NCBI RefSeq assembly: GCF_021869535.1
Contig: NW_026262593.1
Span: forward strand, 44,640,001-44,704,000
Reading direction: 5' to 3'
DNA length: 64,000 nucleotides
Origin: Mytilus californianus
Taxonomy: Eukaryota
This document shows positions 52,201 through 64,000 of this stretch, one piece after another. Made by a program: the position numbers and the translations under genes. The stretch's first letter is position 1. Every line of letters begins with the position of its first letter. Below the pieces are notes generated by a model, which was not told the DNA's origin, did no database searches, and saw only the letters and a list, made by a program, of their open reading frames with translations.

Positions 52201-55200
52201 TCATCAATCACATGTATCACAAGTAGTTCCTATCAAACAGAATTGAACAGAAAACTTAACAAATGATAATGCCGCCGCCGGAAAAGCAACACTCATGTCG
52301 CACCTTCCGCGACTTTTATCTCAGCCGAGACAAACAGCAATGCATTCTTGCAAACCTGTTTTAAGATACAAAACGTCTAATCACCGACAGCGAGGAAAAT
52401 TAAACGTTAACTGTACTAATGCATTTACAATATCGCAATTATAAACAATGAAAGAATACTAAACTTACAGTGTTTCAAGGTTCAACAAATCTTCAAATAC
52501 CCCATTCTGTAAATACTGTATCTGGTTTCTTTGATAATTTCTAAACATTAAGAAGGAAGATAAATGAGTGATATTAGTATTGCACCCGGTTTTTAATGGA
52601 ATTAGTGCTATCTCTCTGTATATTTAATGAGACTGACTAACGTCTAAGTGAAAGATAGTTTGTCTTTAATTTTTATTTTTTATTGTTTAACAGTTGCTGA
52701 ATCTATTTCATGATACCTGTAGATTCACATAATATCACGATAGCCAAAGTAAATCTAGGGATAAACAGCAGTTAACTGGCAAACTCTTGACAATAATGCA
52801 TTATATGTTTTACACGTAAATTCAGATGCGCACGCTTTGTCATTTTTAAAAATTAACTGATCTTGTATCGATACTTTCCCCCTCACGTCCCCAGAGATGT
52901 GATATACGAATGTGATGTGTCCGTGCAAATATGAATATCCACAGCATAAACTAGTCACAGATTTCATAGTTGTAAATGAAGATAAAATGTGTTTTTCTTT
53001 ATGACAACACTTGCAAAATATGTACATTCCTGGAATACCGTCCAAACAATGCAATAAAAAGAACCAACTTTCGACGATTTTCCTACAAGATGTTGTCAAT
53101 GGATTCTTTAATACAAAATATCATCATCAATGGAAATGGAAACAAAATACATTCGACATTGATATACTCAGGCAAAAAAAGTTTGTAGATTGTATTATCC
53201 ATGCATTAGTTGTATTCATAGACATAGACCACAAGTATAGCTTTTCTGAATAAGAAATTTTAATTCGAAGAGAAAAGTGTTTTTCATAATGGGGAGTTAT
53301 ATGAGTACATGGTTTTGTTATACAAAGACCTTCCATGATTTCTTTCTTGTACCCTTTTGCAAATTGTGTTGTCTGTTTTTTAAGGATATAATCATTTAAT
53401 CGTTTTTCCCTGCAAACTATATAATTTCCCCATGTTGGCGTTCAATCTAAAAAATAAGTTGTTCCCTAGATTTATGTTCCATTTAGTGCCTTACAACATA
53501 TCCAAAGTGCAATGTAATTCATCACAGTATATGGAATATTATATTTATCAAGTGTAACTACTTACAAAACTTGCAGGTTATACAATCCACGGAAAGTTTC
53601 ATTATGAATACTTTCGAATTCATTGCGACCCAGGAATCTGATAGAACAGAAAGCAGAAGGTTAATACACAACAATTTCAAAAGGATGGTCGACTTGCATT
53701 TTTTGATGATTAACAGCGGTCGTTTAACCACTGGTATTGTCGTCAGTAGATTACACCTTTATTATACTATTAGTATACATTATTTATTTATTTGAACTGC
53801 AAGTCATAGTGCAAGGCTAACAGTGCTAAAATTAACGTTTATGTAAATAAAAACTTGAACAAACATTGGGATTTCTAAGTTACTACAGTTAAATAATATA
53901 TCGACATACTTGCAACTGGTTGTACTAGATATTTTATATTTTATCTCTTTATTTATTAGATTGAGTTAATGGATATTTCATTGACAAAATGTTATCAGCT
54001 CTAAATATAAAGAAATTGAATGTCCCTTAAGTATATTTCTCATCTCTTCTACCATAAACTTACAGTTTGTTAAGATTATGCAAACCAAAGAACAATTCCT
54101 CTTTAATAGCCTTGATGAAGTTTCCCCCTAAATTTCTTGTAAAAAGGAAAATGATTTATATTATAGAACGTGAGTGTTAGTAAATGTTAAGCTTCATCTC
54201 ATGTAAATATGTAATAACATAATATAAGCATACTAGAGGCACTACAGTTATTCAACATGTTATGTATATCACAATTTACAGATGCTTGATATTTTAGCAT
54301 AGCAATTATTATTGGATTGTGAAATGCCATCTACTGCAAGTTTTTTATTTCATAAAGGTTTTGTAACTTAATTTGTATAAACTTCAAATCTGAGCAGCAA
54401 CAAACATTTTCAGTACAAAGTTGAGTTTTGGCATAGATATTGCACGATAACATAAGTTTTATATTCTCGAAGGAAAACATGTATTCTGGTAGCTTTATAA
54501 CAAGATATTGATGTAAAAATACATGATGAATTCGACTTACATTTTGTTCCATTTTCTACAGCAATACTTACAGCAGTGTCAGATTTGTTAGAGAGCTAAA
54601 GGCTTTTGCTGGCAATTCTGTTATTTTATTTGATTCCAAAGATCTATAACAATACCTTATATATCATCATATGTAGCAGCATTAGTTTAAGTCAAGTAAT
54701 TTTTTTTATAAAAAATTAGAATAAATAATAATAAAAAAATATGCCATTCCTGGATTTCTATCATTTTGAAGCTTAACTGAATCTTAATTTATCCTTATCT
54801 TTATATTTTCAAATGAGCAATTAGTGATAACAAAAAAGATCAACTCGAAGAGGCAAGACTTTAAGTCATCGAAAACAATAATTGTCGTCTTACTTATAAA
54901 AAACAAACTTTAAAATTAAATGATAAGAACAAATGAAATTGGGATTCGGTTTACCAATTACATACAAACTACAAATATACTTACAGGATTGTAAGTTTAC
55001 CCAAACCTCTAAATGTATCATTCCTTATTGTTTCAATGTCATTTTCAAATAAGATCCTAAAAATAAATATTGTTTCTATATCAAATAAATGAAAGAGATA
55101 ACATTATACATTATATTATGTACATGTACCTATCGATACATTTTAAAGTATGTGCATTTTGTGACTGTTTTTTTTTACATGTTTGTGTTCTCCTTCCTTG

Positions 55201-57821
55201 ATAATATTATAACTAAGTATTGATCAAATTGCAAAAAGTCACGAAACGTGAATCCTTCTGAAAATTATGGTCAGACACCTTAGATAGAAAAAGAATTTTC
55301 CTTCAGGTTTGACATTGAAATGAATAGTGTTTCTTTGTATTATAGTGTAATCAACCGTAGGATTTTAAAAAAGATTGAAGGTTTTTGTTTTTTTCAAAAT
55401 TTGGCCGAAGATATCTTTTAACTTAGCATTACTTTAATTCTATCTAATCTCTACAGAAGACTAAATGGTTATGATTGATTCTTAAATTTATTTCTCTTTT
55501 GTATAAAAAATCATATTTATGATTTAACCGATTAAAGACTTCTTTTCAGCATTTATGACTAATTTAATGATATGGATAATGTTCATTTTTGAAGACAAGT
55601 ATTTGTATGCATCCTTTTCCTTTGGTCTTTTTTTTAAATTAACATTTGCCTCATTGGCAATCATATATTTCCTTATTTTACACATATCTGAAACTTGTGG
55701 TATTGAACAGGACCGTTCATGACAATAAAAGAAATATTCTAGGAAATACTGTTGGCGATATTAGAGAAGAGTAAGATATGTGGTCTGTTGTCTATAATAT
55801 TGACATCATATAATTAAGCACTATTTCGGGGCTATTGATTTGTACATTCCTCCATGAATTTTCTGTTACTGAAGTCAAAAATTTCTTGTTGACCACTATG
55901 TTCGAGATAATGACGTTAACATTGTATCAAACTGATATGATTTGTAACAATAGTTTCAATAGATTGGCATGAAATTTTTATAATCCAGGAGCTAATAATC
56001 CGATGAAAATCTTATCGTACCAGAAAAAAATGTGTTACTTTTCAAACAATTTATGTTTTATAATATCTTGAAATTTAGAATTCATTCCTCTGCATGTAAG
56101 CTTTCTCCAAAATCAATGATAAACATACTTACAAATGATGTAATGTTTGTAATGTAGAAAAGACATCTGGTAGTGTATCTTTATGTGCCTGTGCCAAGTC
56201 AGGAGCCTGTAGTTCAGTGGTTGTCTTTGATTCATGTTTGTCGTATTTGTTTTTTCGTTAGTTGTCTTGTTATAAATTAAGTCGTTAGTTTTCTCAATTG
56301 AATTGTTTCATAGTTTTCATGTCGGGGCCTTTTTTAGCCGATTATACCGTATGGGTTTTTTTCTCATTGTTGAAAGCCTTACGGTTGACTTTAATTGCTT
56401 ACATCCACTTTATTTGAACTTTGGTGAATAGTTGTCTCATTGGCAATCATACCTCATCTCCTTATTTTTATATACTTACAATTGATCTAATGTAATTAAT
56501 GTAGAAAAGACACCTGGTTGTATTTCTTTAATGTTATTTGATTCTAAGATCCTAAAAGTATAAATTACGCACTTAATCATTGTGTGTTTGGGTTTTTTCT
56601 TGAAAGTATTTTGCTCTGATATTAGTACTGTACAACATAGAACTTTTTCATAGCGTTATTTGTTCTGAAAACTTGTCTTTTTGTCCGAATAGACTTGATA
56701 CAATCAATTGTTACAATTATACTGTTATATACTCTGTTATACATGTTATATTTTAGGATTGATATCAACATGAAGTTTGAATACCACTAAACATTTTTCA
56801 TCAAATATGTTTTTTCTGGTTGCAATTTTTCTACCATGGGCATTAAACAAAGTCTTTTCTCTCGCACTGTCCATGGCGTTACTGTTCGAACACAAAAACA
56901 GAGTGTAGTATGCATAGTTACCAGATCATCAGAAATAGTACTTTAACTAGTTCCCAGTAACTGCCTATTTTCTGTGGTACTATATCAATTTTTGTAGATA
57001 TACCTAATACTTAGGCTATTGAACCACATGACTTTTATCAACTAACTTTTTTATTTGCTTGTCATGTCGTTCGAGTTGTCGTATCGTTAAGTTGCTGTCT
57101 TATTGCTGTAAACACCACGTTGCATTTCATATGTACAAACTGTATGATACCAAGAACACATGTACAGTATTATATGTCTCTGATGATACCAAATGGCCTT
57201 ACTAATTGTGCCTTATGTGTGGTTTAATCATTGGCAATCTATATATAACAAATAGATTACTAGCACATCTGCCACATGGCAATATCAAAAAAATGATCAG
57301 CCGATTCGTTTTCAACATTCAGTATTCGTTTTCAACATTCAACATTCGATTTCAACATTCAGCATTCAAAAATAAATTTTTCATTTTTTTTATTCAACAT
57401 TCGACTTTAATGTTCAACATTAGTTTTCAACATTCAACATTCGTTTTTAACATTCAACATTCGATTTTACCATTCAAACGAATGTTGAATGCTGAAAACG
57501 AATAAAAAAAAAAAAAATAAAATTGAAAAGAATTTTTGAATGTTGAATGTTGAAAATGAATGTTGAATGTTGAAAAAAAAAGAATGTTGAATATTAAATA
57601 TTGAACCAACTTGACATCCGTCTTGAATAGACGTTTTAAGGTAAGGAAGATACTTACAATCTTTCGGTTTGCTCGAAAATACCATTAGGAATTGACGTCA
57701 AATTTCTACTAATACACGATGTTTGTTGTTTTGAACAGGAACACTGATCGGGACACGACACTTCGCATTCACACTGGCGAATGAATAAAGCAACTTGGAT
57801 CAGAAAATAGGTGAACAGCAT
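40039..57821 (-). CDS. Predicted secreted LRRNT-(LRR)x11-LRRCT-PAN/Apple protein (~472 aa if the 71-nt exon is corrected, 448 aa if skipped)
   Basis: Exons on - strand: 57821-57658 (MLFTYFLIQVALFIRQCECEVSCPDQCSCSKQQTSCISRNLTSIPNGIFEQTERL); LRR exons 56551-56480, 55056-54985, 54643-54572, 54135-54064, 53637-53566, 52539-52469 (71 nt), 49976-49905, 49556-49485, 48175-48104, 45960-45892 (69 nt), 44220-44149; LRRCT 41939-41785 (DLSENRLVCNCAL...C...C); linker 41693-41613; PAN exon 40268-40039. All are GT-AG with compatible phases except the 71-nt exon. Additional LRR exons could have been missed. Confidence 0.85.
42580..42897 (+). mobile_element. C-terminal fragment of a retroelement RT/thumb region (intronic, antisense to the LRR gene)
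   Basis: LLSQGFCYHKILKTFIKFFHRFKDLICKLGRTCRKLIKNDISHPKFYNNIV...KGY...RSLN. Resembles the KLLxQGY..KLxK.FxKF thumb motif of PLE-type RTs, recognised from memory. Confidence 0.6.
48940..49085 (-). mobile_element. Degraded RT thumb fragment
   Basis: IRYS..DRDLLLIKKKLNQGFQVVKLKSSLKHF matches the LIRYS..LLxQGF..KLKSSLRKF motif. Confidence 0.6.
56133..56183 (-). pseudogene. 5'-truncated LRR exon remnant, paralog of exon 56551-56480
   Basis: KDTLPDVFSTLQTLHHL|GTAAGT versus KEIQPGVFSTLITLDQL|GTAAGT. The acceptor side is replaced by a dispersed repeat (56184-56468). Confidence 0.7.
57300..57605. repeat. Head-to-head heptamer satellite (TTCAACA)n ... (TGTTGAA)n
   Basis: ATTCAACATTC units at 57305-57470 and GAATGTTGAA units at 57478-57605, around a poly-A spacer, in intron 1 of the LRR gene. 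Confidence 0.8.
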
Positions 57822-60800
57822 TGTCGAAACTAGTCTCTTGAATTATTTGCCTATGTATATGTATATATATTTTTGCTGTTAAAAAAAATAAGAATAAATT
57901 CAGGTAAAAAAGGCTAAAAACGAGCACAAACCCAGCTGAATACTTTTATTATTAAACATATTTATTTTTGAAATATATCTATTGTAATGTACACCATTGT
58001 CTTCGTTTACAAACAAAAGAAAATTTTTAAAAAGCAGTCTGTGTTAAAACGTTCTTTTGTAAAATGTTTAAGTCTATCGTTTTTTTAAATTTTACTAACC
58101 TTCTTTCATACTCATACAAAAATGAAACAACAATATGTAAATTTGAATAAGTCTTTACCAAACATATTGATCTAATCCGACACTGGGGGTTGAACAAATT
58201 TGTAGTTACTGTTAAATATTCAACGGCACCATATCTAATGTTAAAATGCCATCTGACAAAGTTAACGGTAGGTGAGAATATCAGTTCAGTAAAGGCTACT
58301 TTTTTTTTTGTTTGAATTTTTATTATCATAAATACTGTATTGATATATTGTTAGTTGCTTAACGTCAAGTGGCATATATTGCATGCATGTTCAGGAATAG
58401 GTAAACACTGTCAGCATGTGGAAAAAAATTAAAACATGCTAAGCTTCATATGTGTACTAATATGAACAAGAAAATAAAGTTTTGTCTAAATTTTACAGAA
58501 AGCACTATTTGTTTTTAATAAATTAAAAAATAGAATAAATCATAGGATGAATGCCAATGAAAATTTGGACTGAACAACATTAATGATGTTTATTGCAAGA
58601 ATATAATTTCTTTGGTGAATTGTAAGCAGAATAGAGTCAAATTTACTTTTGGAAATAGTTGGGTTGCACAATTTCAAAAATAGTCCTTCGACAAAACGAT
58701 TTCCAGGAAAATGTATATATGAATTTTGTACAATCGGATGGAAAATAAAGTAGACGTATGTATGCAAGAAGAGTTCTACTCGTGTTTTTATGCTTCATAC
58801 TAGCTTACAACTGAAGATTCAGACGATTTGTTTGTCATTTAGGTCACCGTTTTAAAGTGATATATATATTAATAATTTAAGACATAAAAGGCGCCGTATT
58901 TGATAGAAGTTATACTACTGATAAAACCGTAAAAACGATAAAAAGAGGAAAAAATAAAAACACAAAAACAAAAATAAAAAAACAAACGTGTATCTTACCT
59001 CATCTCCTGCAATCATCTTTTTGAAATTTAATAGTGGAACGAAATAAGCAGCATTTTATTCTAGAACTTCAAATAAAAAATGCCTTTTAATCTTTTTAAA
59101 TCGTTTCAAAATATCAAAGATTGAATTTGATTTCATCTTCATGAAATAATTGAAAAAAGAGTACAAATTTCTCTTTTCATGTATGAAATTATTTTTCTTA
59201 AATGGATTTCTACATCTTACTTTTTTACTATTGTTGCAAATAGATGATATCGTAAAATATTAATGAGCACGTAATTGGACTCAGATGTCTGTTAGAGATA
59301 AAAGAATCATGTTTTTGAAAGTATCTTATTACTTTGACAGATTTTCAAATTTGTTCTTAAATTAACCTAAACACATACATTTTTGTTTCCTCTAATCTAT
59401 GTAAATTACGTGTATTTGTTCCACATATCAGAGGCAAAAGTTGCTCAATCACTTACTTCAGTATTTGTGTAGCGCGTGGTGTGTAGTTTATTGTAGTTTA
59501 AATTTTATTTTTTTACAAAATCGACATCTAGCAGAGAAATTTGTTCAGAATGATGTAGCACACGTCTTGAACTTGCAGTGAGGTGAGTGGTTGCTACATA
59601 TAGAAAGCCTCATTATGACTTTGAGATAAGAAGCAAATATAACAGAGCTGTTCCTTTATGTTTTTTTTTTATTTATGCATATTTATTTAATAATATGTGT
59701 TATAAATTGATACACCATATCCAATTTCATCACCTATTTATAAACCCTCGGGCCAATGAAATATTAGAAGGTTCAAAGTTCTACAATTAGAAAAAGAAAC
59801 ATTTCTACAGAGTGTATGCTCCTCATCTTCGGCAAACAATCATAGAAGATCTACATCGAAAAGGTTCATATACCATATATCAAGCTCTGCAAAGTCCCGA
59901 GTTAGGCTGTAGACAAGATGTAAATAAAATCACTAGATAATCTGTCATCATCAATAATTCCCCTAAAGGACAAATAATGCAATTACGATATAAATAAAAA
60001 CAGCAACTGACAAGGTTGTTGATATGGCATAGACACATTTATATATAAAGTAAAATAACAAATATGCAGAACTCCAAGGAAAATCCTTTATCACATGGCC
60101 AAGTCAAAAGCTCAAACACATCATACGAATGGAAAACAACTGTCATATTCCTTACATGGTACAGTCATTTCCTTATATAGCAAATGATGTATTAAATGGA
60201 CTTGAACATCGAATTTCTACAGGTAATGTTGTATCTTTTAAAAGAACGACAGTACCTGCAGACTTTATATAGGCTAAATAACAAAATGAATTGTTAGTTT
60301 ATGTTGTTAATTGCCCATTTGCTTAGTTTCTTCTTTTACCTTTTTTAACATCAGATTCGGACTTGTGTTCGTTTATTCCACATTGGCTAGAGGTATAGGG
60401 GAGGGTTCAGATCTCACAAAACTTGTTTAACCCCGCAAGATGTTTGCGCCTGTCCCAAGTCAGGAACCTCTGGCCTTTGTTAGTCTTGTTTTTTTTAAAT
60501 TTTCGGCTCATTAATATGTTTCAAAGTTTAGTGTGGCGTCCGTTATCGCTGAAATAGTATATTTCATTGTTTAGTAGTCAGCTGAGGCCCGCCTCCGGGT
60601 GTGCGATTTTCTTGCTGTGGTGGCCGTGGGCTGTTTTCTGCTCTTTGGTCAGATTGATGTCTCTTTGACACATTCACCGTTTCCATTCTCAATTGTATTG
60701 ATATGTCAACCATTTTTTTAATATTGCAACCGATACCACAACAATTAAAAATCACTAAATCAGTTGGATATGTACTAGTTATTACTTTAGTCTCGGAGAA

Positions 60801-62505
60801 CATGATTTAAATACTAGCTTTATTGGCGTTGAACTGGCTTTCAGTAACTGCAAGTACTTAGGTTGGTACTTTGTTTTGCTTCTTTCTTCTTATCAGTTGC
60901 TTTCTTGTGCTTCGTGTCTTTCTATGAATAAAGCCTTTTCCTACTTAATTTTACTTTGTCGTGTTTTTACACCATTGTCCCACGTTTTGGTAGGGTTAAG
61001 GGCTCATATTTTTTAAAAACCCGTCAGATTCTATATGTACAGGTTCCTTGTTTTGTGTCTGTAATTTCGTGGCTGTCGTTGTTTGGTGTCTGTTGAATTT
61101 GTTTTTCATTGATTGTTTTGTCATATATCAGACCGTTTTAGATCTGTCGTTTGAATTGTTTCACAATTAGTCTTTTATCGCTGACTATACGGTATGTGAT
61201 TTGCTAATTGTTGAAGGTCGTACGCTGACCTATTATTGCCTAAATCCTCATCATTTGGACTATTTAGGATAGTTGTCTCATTGGCATTCACTTTTTTATG
61301 CTGATTTTATAATTTTCATGTGCAAATATTTTTCAGTTCGCATACATCGTTTTGTGGAGTTAATAAAATGTATGCATACATATCGATCCTTTAAATAAAC
61401 TTATTCTAAAAGGTTACCAATCAACACTGTAATCAAATCTTTTAATATTGTTTTTATCGGTAATAAAATTGATTTTGTTATCAGTAAATTAAAATCAAAA
61501 TAAATATTGTTTTTATATACATATGCACATCCATGGCATTACAATCTGTCGATACCCGTATCTTGGCATTGCACAAGGTCATGTTTTTCTCTGACTGTTA
61601 ATGCCGTCTTTACACTATATCCATTGGATGTTGGATATGTACTCTCATATTTGTAGTTAGTGTCTTCTTTGTTGTGGGGATGTATAAGTACCCTGTCACG
61701 TCCCGTCTGTGTTTTTGTTATATGTATTTTTACTTTGTATCGATCTGACGAGTTATTCCCTTTTCAAATAAGTTTTATAGTTTGTTCTTTTGTTGTACTG
61801 TTACACCACTGTCCCAGGTTATGGGAGGATTGGCGCCTTTAAACTAGGTTAACCCCGCCACATTCTGTATGTGCCTGTCCAAAGTCGTGAGCCTGTAATT
61901 CAGTGGTGGTCGTTTTTTGCTGTTTATCATATTTGTTTTTCGTTTATTATTTTGTACATAAATCAGGACGTTAGTTTTCTCCTTTGAATTGTTTAACATT
62001 TATCATTTCGGGGCCTTTTTTAGCTGGCTTTGCGGTTTGGTTATTGCTCACTGTTGAAGTCCTTACGATGACCTATAGCTGTTAACTTCTATGTCATTTG
62101 GTCTCTGGTGGAGAGTTGTTTCATTGGCAATTATACCACATCTTCTTATCTTTATATACAATACGCTTTGTCGCTCAATGAAATTCAGGGTTTTGCAGGA
62201 CTGTTTATGACAAACATAAACAAAATAAACTTATAGAAGCTTAAGAATGAGTAATACGGATACCGAATATTAGTGAATATTATACCTGGTAGGACGTATT
62301 AAAATTGCGGTTTTTATCCAACGCAATCATAGGTTTGAACGTTGTTTTCAATTTAGACTTGTTTATAATTTTTCGTTTGGGCTTGTATTATATTTGCCTT
62401 CGGGTTTATATGATCCGTTCATCCTATTTCGACTCTTCAAAATTCAAGAGTCAATCCCAAATTGAGGTAAATTATATGGCCTTCCAAATACCGTTTCGAT
62501 TCCTA

Positions 62506-62549
62506 ACATCACTGAAGAGACATTAATTGTCGAAATCCGGATATGGTGT
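62506..62549 (+). ncRNA. Minimal type I hammerhead ribozyme, unit 1
   Basis: ACATCA-CTGAAGA-GACA ttaat TGTC-GAAA-TCCGGAT-A-TGGTGT: intact core, palindromic stem III, 6-bp stem I. Confidence 0.75.
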
Positions 62550-63044
62550 ACAAATTTTTGCACCTCATGTTTGCGATATACCATCTTTTCCGCAAGTTTA
62601 TTGTTTTCTGTTTGGTATTAAATTAATGTAATTAAGATCCATTGTGTTACATCTGTGATCCGTTTATTTGGCAATCGCCATGGCAGTCAGCAGGGTTTAA
62701 GAACATCCGTTGTTCGACCTGCTAGTCAAATGCGTTTTGTTAAAATATATATTTTTGACTTTTTTGGTCTTTTGGAAAATGTTGTATGTGCTGTATTTAG
62801 ACCCCTCTACAAAGAAATTTGTTTTGCATGCACACGTATAAAAATTGCGGTTTTTATCCAACGCAATCATAGGTTTGAACGTTGTTTTCAATTTAGACTT
62901 GTTTATTTTTTTCGTTTGGGCTTGTATTATATCTGCCTTCGTGTTTATATGATCCGTTCATCCTATTTCGACTCTTCAAAATTCAAGAGTCAATCCCAAA
63001 TGGAGGTAAATTATATGGCCTTCCAAATACCGTTTCGATTCCTA

Positions 63045-63088
63045 ACATCACTGAAGAGACATTAATTGTCGAAATCCGGATATGGTGT
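63045..63088 (+). ncRNA. Minimal type I hammerhead ribozyme, unit 2
   Basis: Identical motif 539 nt downstream of unit 1. Confidence 0.75.
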
Positions 63089-63789
63089 ACAAATTTTTGC
63101 ACCTAATGTTGGCGATATACCATCTTTTCCGCAAGTTTATTGTTTTCTGTTTGGTATTAAATTAATGTAATTAAGATCCATTGTGTCACATCTGTGATCC
63201 GTTTATTTGGCAATCGCCATGGCAGTCAGCAGGGTTAAAGAACATCCGTTGTTCGACCTGCTAGTCAAATGCGTTTTGTTAAAATATACTTTTTCACTTT
63301 TTTGGTCTTTTGGAAAATGTTGTTTGTGCTGTATTTAGACCCCTCTACAAAGAAATTTGTTTTGCATGCACACGTATAAAAATTGCGGTTTTTATCCAAC
63401 GCATAGGTTTGAACGTTGTTTTTAATTTAGACTTGTTTATACCTGGTAGGATATATACTGAACTTGCAACCTAGTGCCATATAAATGTCTCTTCCTCGGA
63501 GCATTCATATTCATCAATATACATGCCAAAACTCTATATTCCTCTTAATAAACATGAAATACTTGCAACTGAACAATGAACAATTTTAGTCAAAAGTTAA
63601 TTCATATGTAACAGATTAAATTTAAAATTATGATCATGATTAACAACCGGCATTGAACAATTTAATTTTAATAAATGACCATTTCATCAACTGTGTCCCC
63701 CATCATAGAATTGCCCTTAACGTTATTGATGTCATTTAGGACATACATTTATAAGTGCTAAAATACGTGAGACGTTATGGCGTTTAACA

Positions 63790-63945
63790 ATAGACACGTT
63801 TTGGCGAATAACAATTGTCAGACACGTTTGGGGTTATGAAATCGGACACGTTTGGGCAACATTGAATATTACGGACACGTTTGGGGGGAATAGACACGTT
63901 TGGGGGAATCGGACACGTTTGGGGGGAAGGACACGTTTGGGAGTG
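63790..63945. repeat. Short tandem array GGACACGTTTGGGG
   Basis: About 7 copies at 18-28-bp spacing. Confidence 0.8.
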
Positions 63946-64000
63946 TTACATATTATATTCAGCACGGTGACGGATCCATTCCAGACAGAAATAAAGTAGG

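Larger units (their letters stand above)
62295..63436 (+). mobile_element. Retrozyme-like tandem array (units of 540, 538 and a partial 64 bp) with a 15-bp target-site duplication
   Basis: Units start at 62295, 62835 and 63373. TTATACCTGGTAGGA flanks both sides (62280-62294 and 63437-63451). Each full unit holds a minimal hammerhead. Confidence 0.85.

Noticed and set aside
52717-53336. Overlapping ORFs on both strands and a 38-nt candidate exon (52754-52717)
   Set aside because: No recognisable domain, many stops in adjacent frames, and the mini-exon phases (2 to 1) do not fit the LRR gene.
59800-59960. Possible second signal peptide/LRRNT exon on the - strand
   Set aside because: Two in-frame stops and a poor Cys pattern; not supportable.
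62305-63065. ORFs within tandem repeats (also 21487-22182, 24293-24769, 27133-27423, 57206-57685)
   Set aside because: Incidental frames in non-coding repeats; they are not preserved between copies.

Overview
AT-rich, intron-rich animal genomic DNA, probably a bivalve of the genus Mytilus. That taxon is inferred from the dispersed repeat families and was not checked against a database. There are no prokaryotic features, rRNA, true tRNA genes or CRISPR arrays. The ORF track misses most real genes because they are spliced from short exons. (1) + strand, 1-38.8 kb: a tandem family of small type-I membrane proteins built as signal peptide, one divergent 8-Cys SUEL/Gal-lectin-like domain, Asp-rich stalk, TM helix and a tail with NPxY, LPxY and YxxV motifs. 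It comprises the last exon of an upstream copy, an orphan dead exon, intact gene A (7860-14707), pseudogene B (15677-20278) and intact gene C (29899-38762). (2) - strand, 57821-40039: a roughly 15-exon gene for a predicted secreted LRRNT-(LRR)x11-LRRCT-PAN/Apple protein, with one LRR per phase-2 cassette exon, convergent with gene C. (3) Several hammerhead-ribozyme (HHR) retroelements. A head-to-head Penelope-like RT element lies in intron 2 of gene C; it has no C-terminal endonuclease, carries a canonical type I HHR, and has a terminal duplication that starts at the predicted cleavage site. A 2.1-mer, 540-bp retrozyme-like array has a 15-bp target-site duplication. There is also a tRNA-headed 441-bp tandem unit and many degenerate HHR relics. 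(4) Numerous dispersed repeats, foldbacks and mini/microsatellites.
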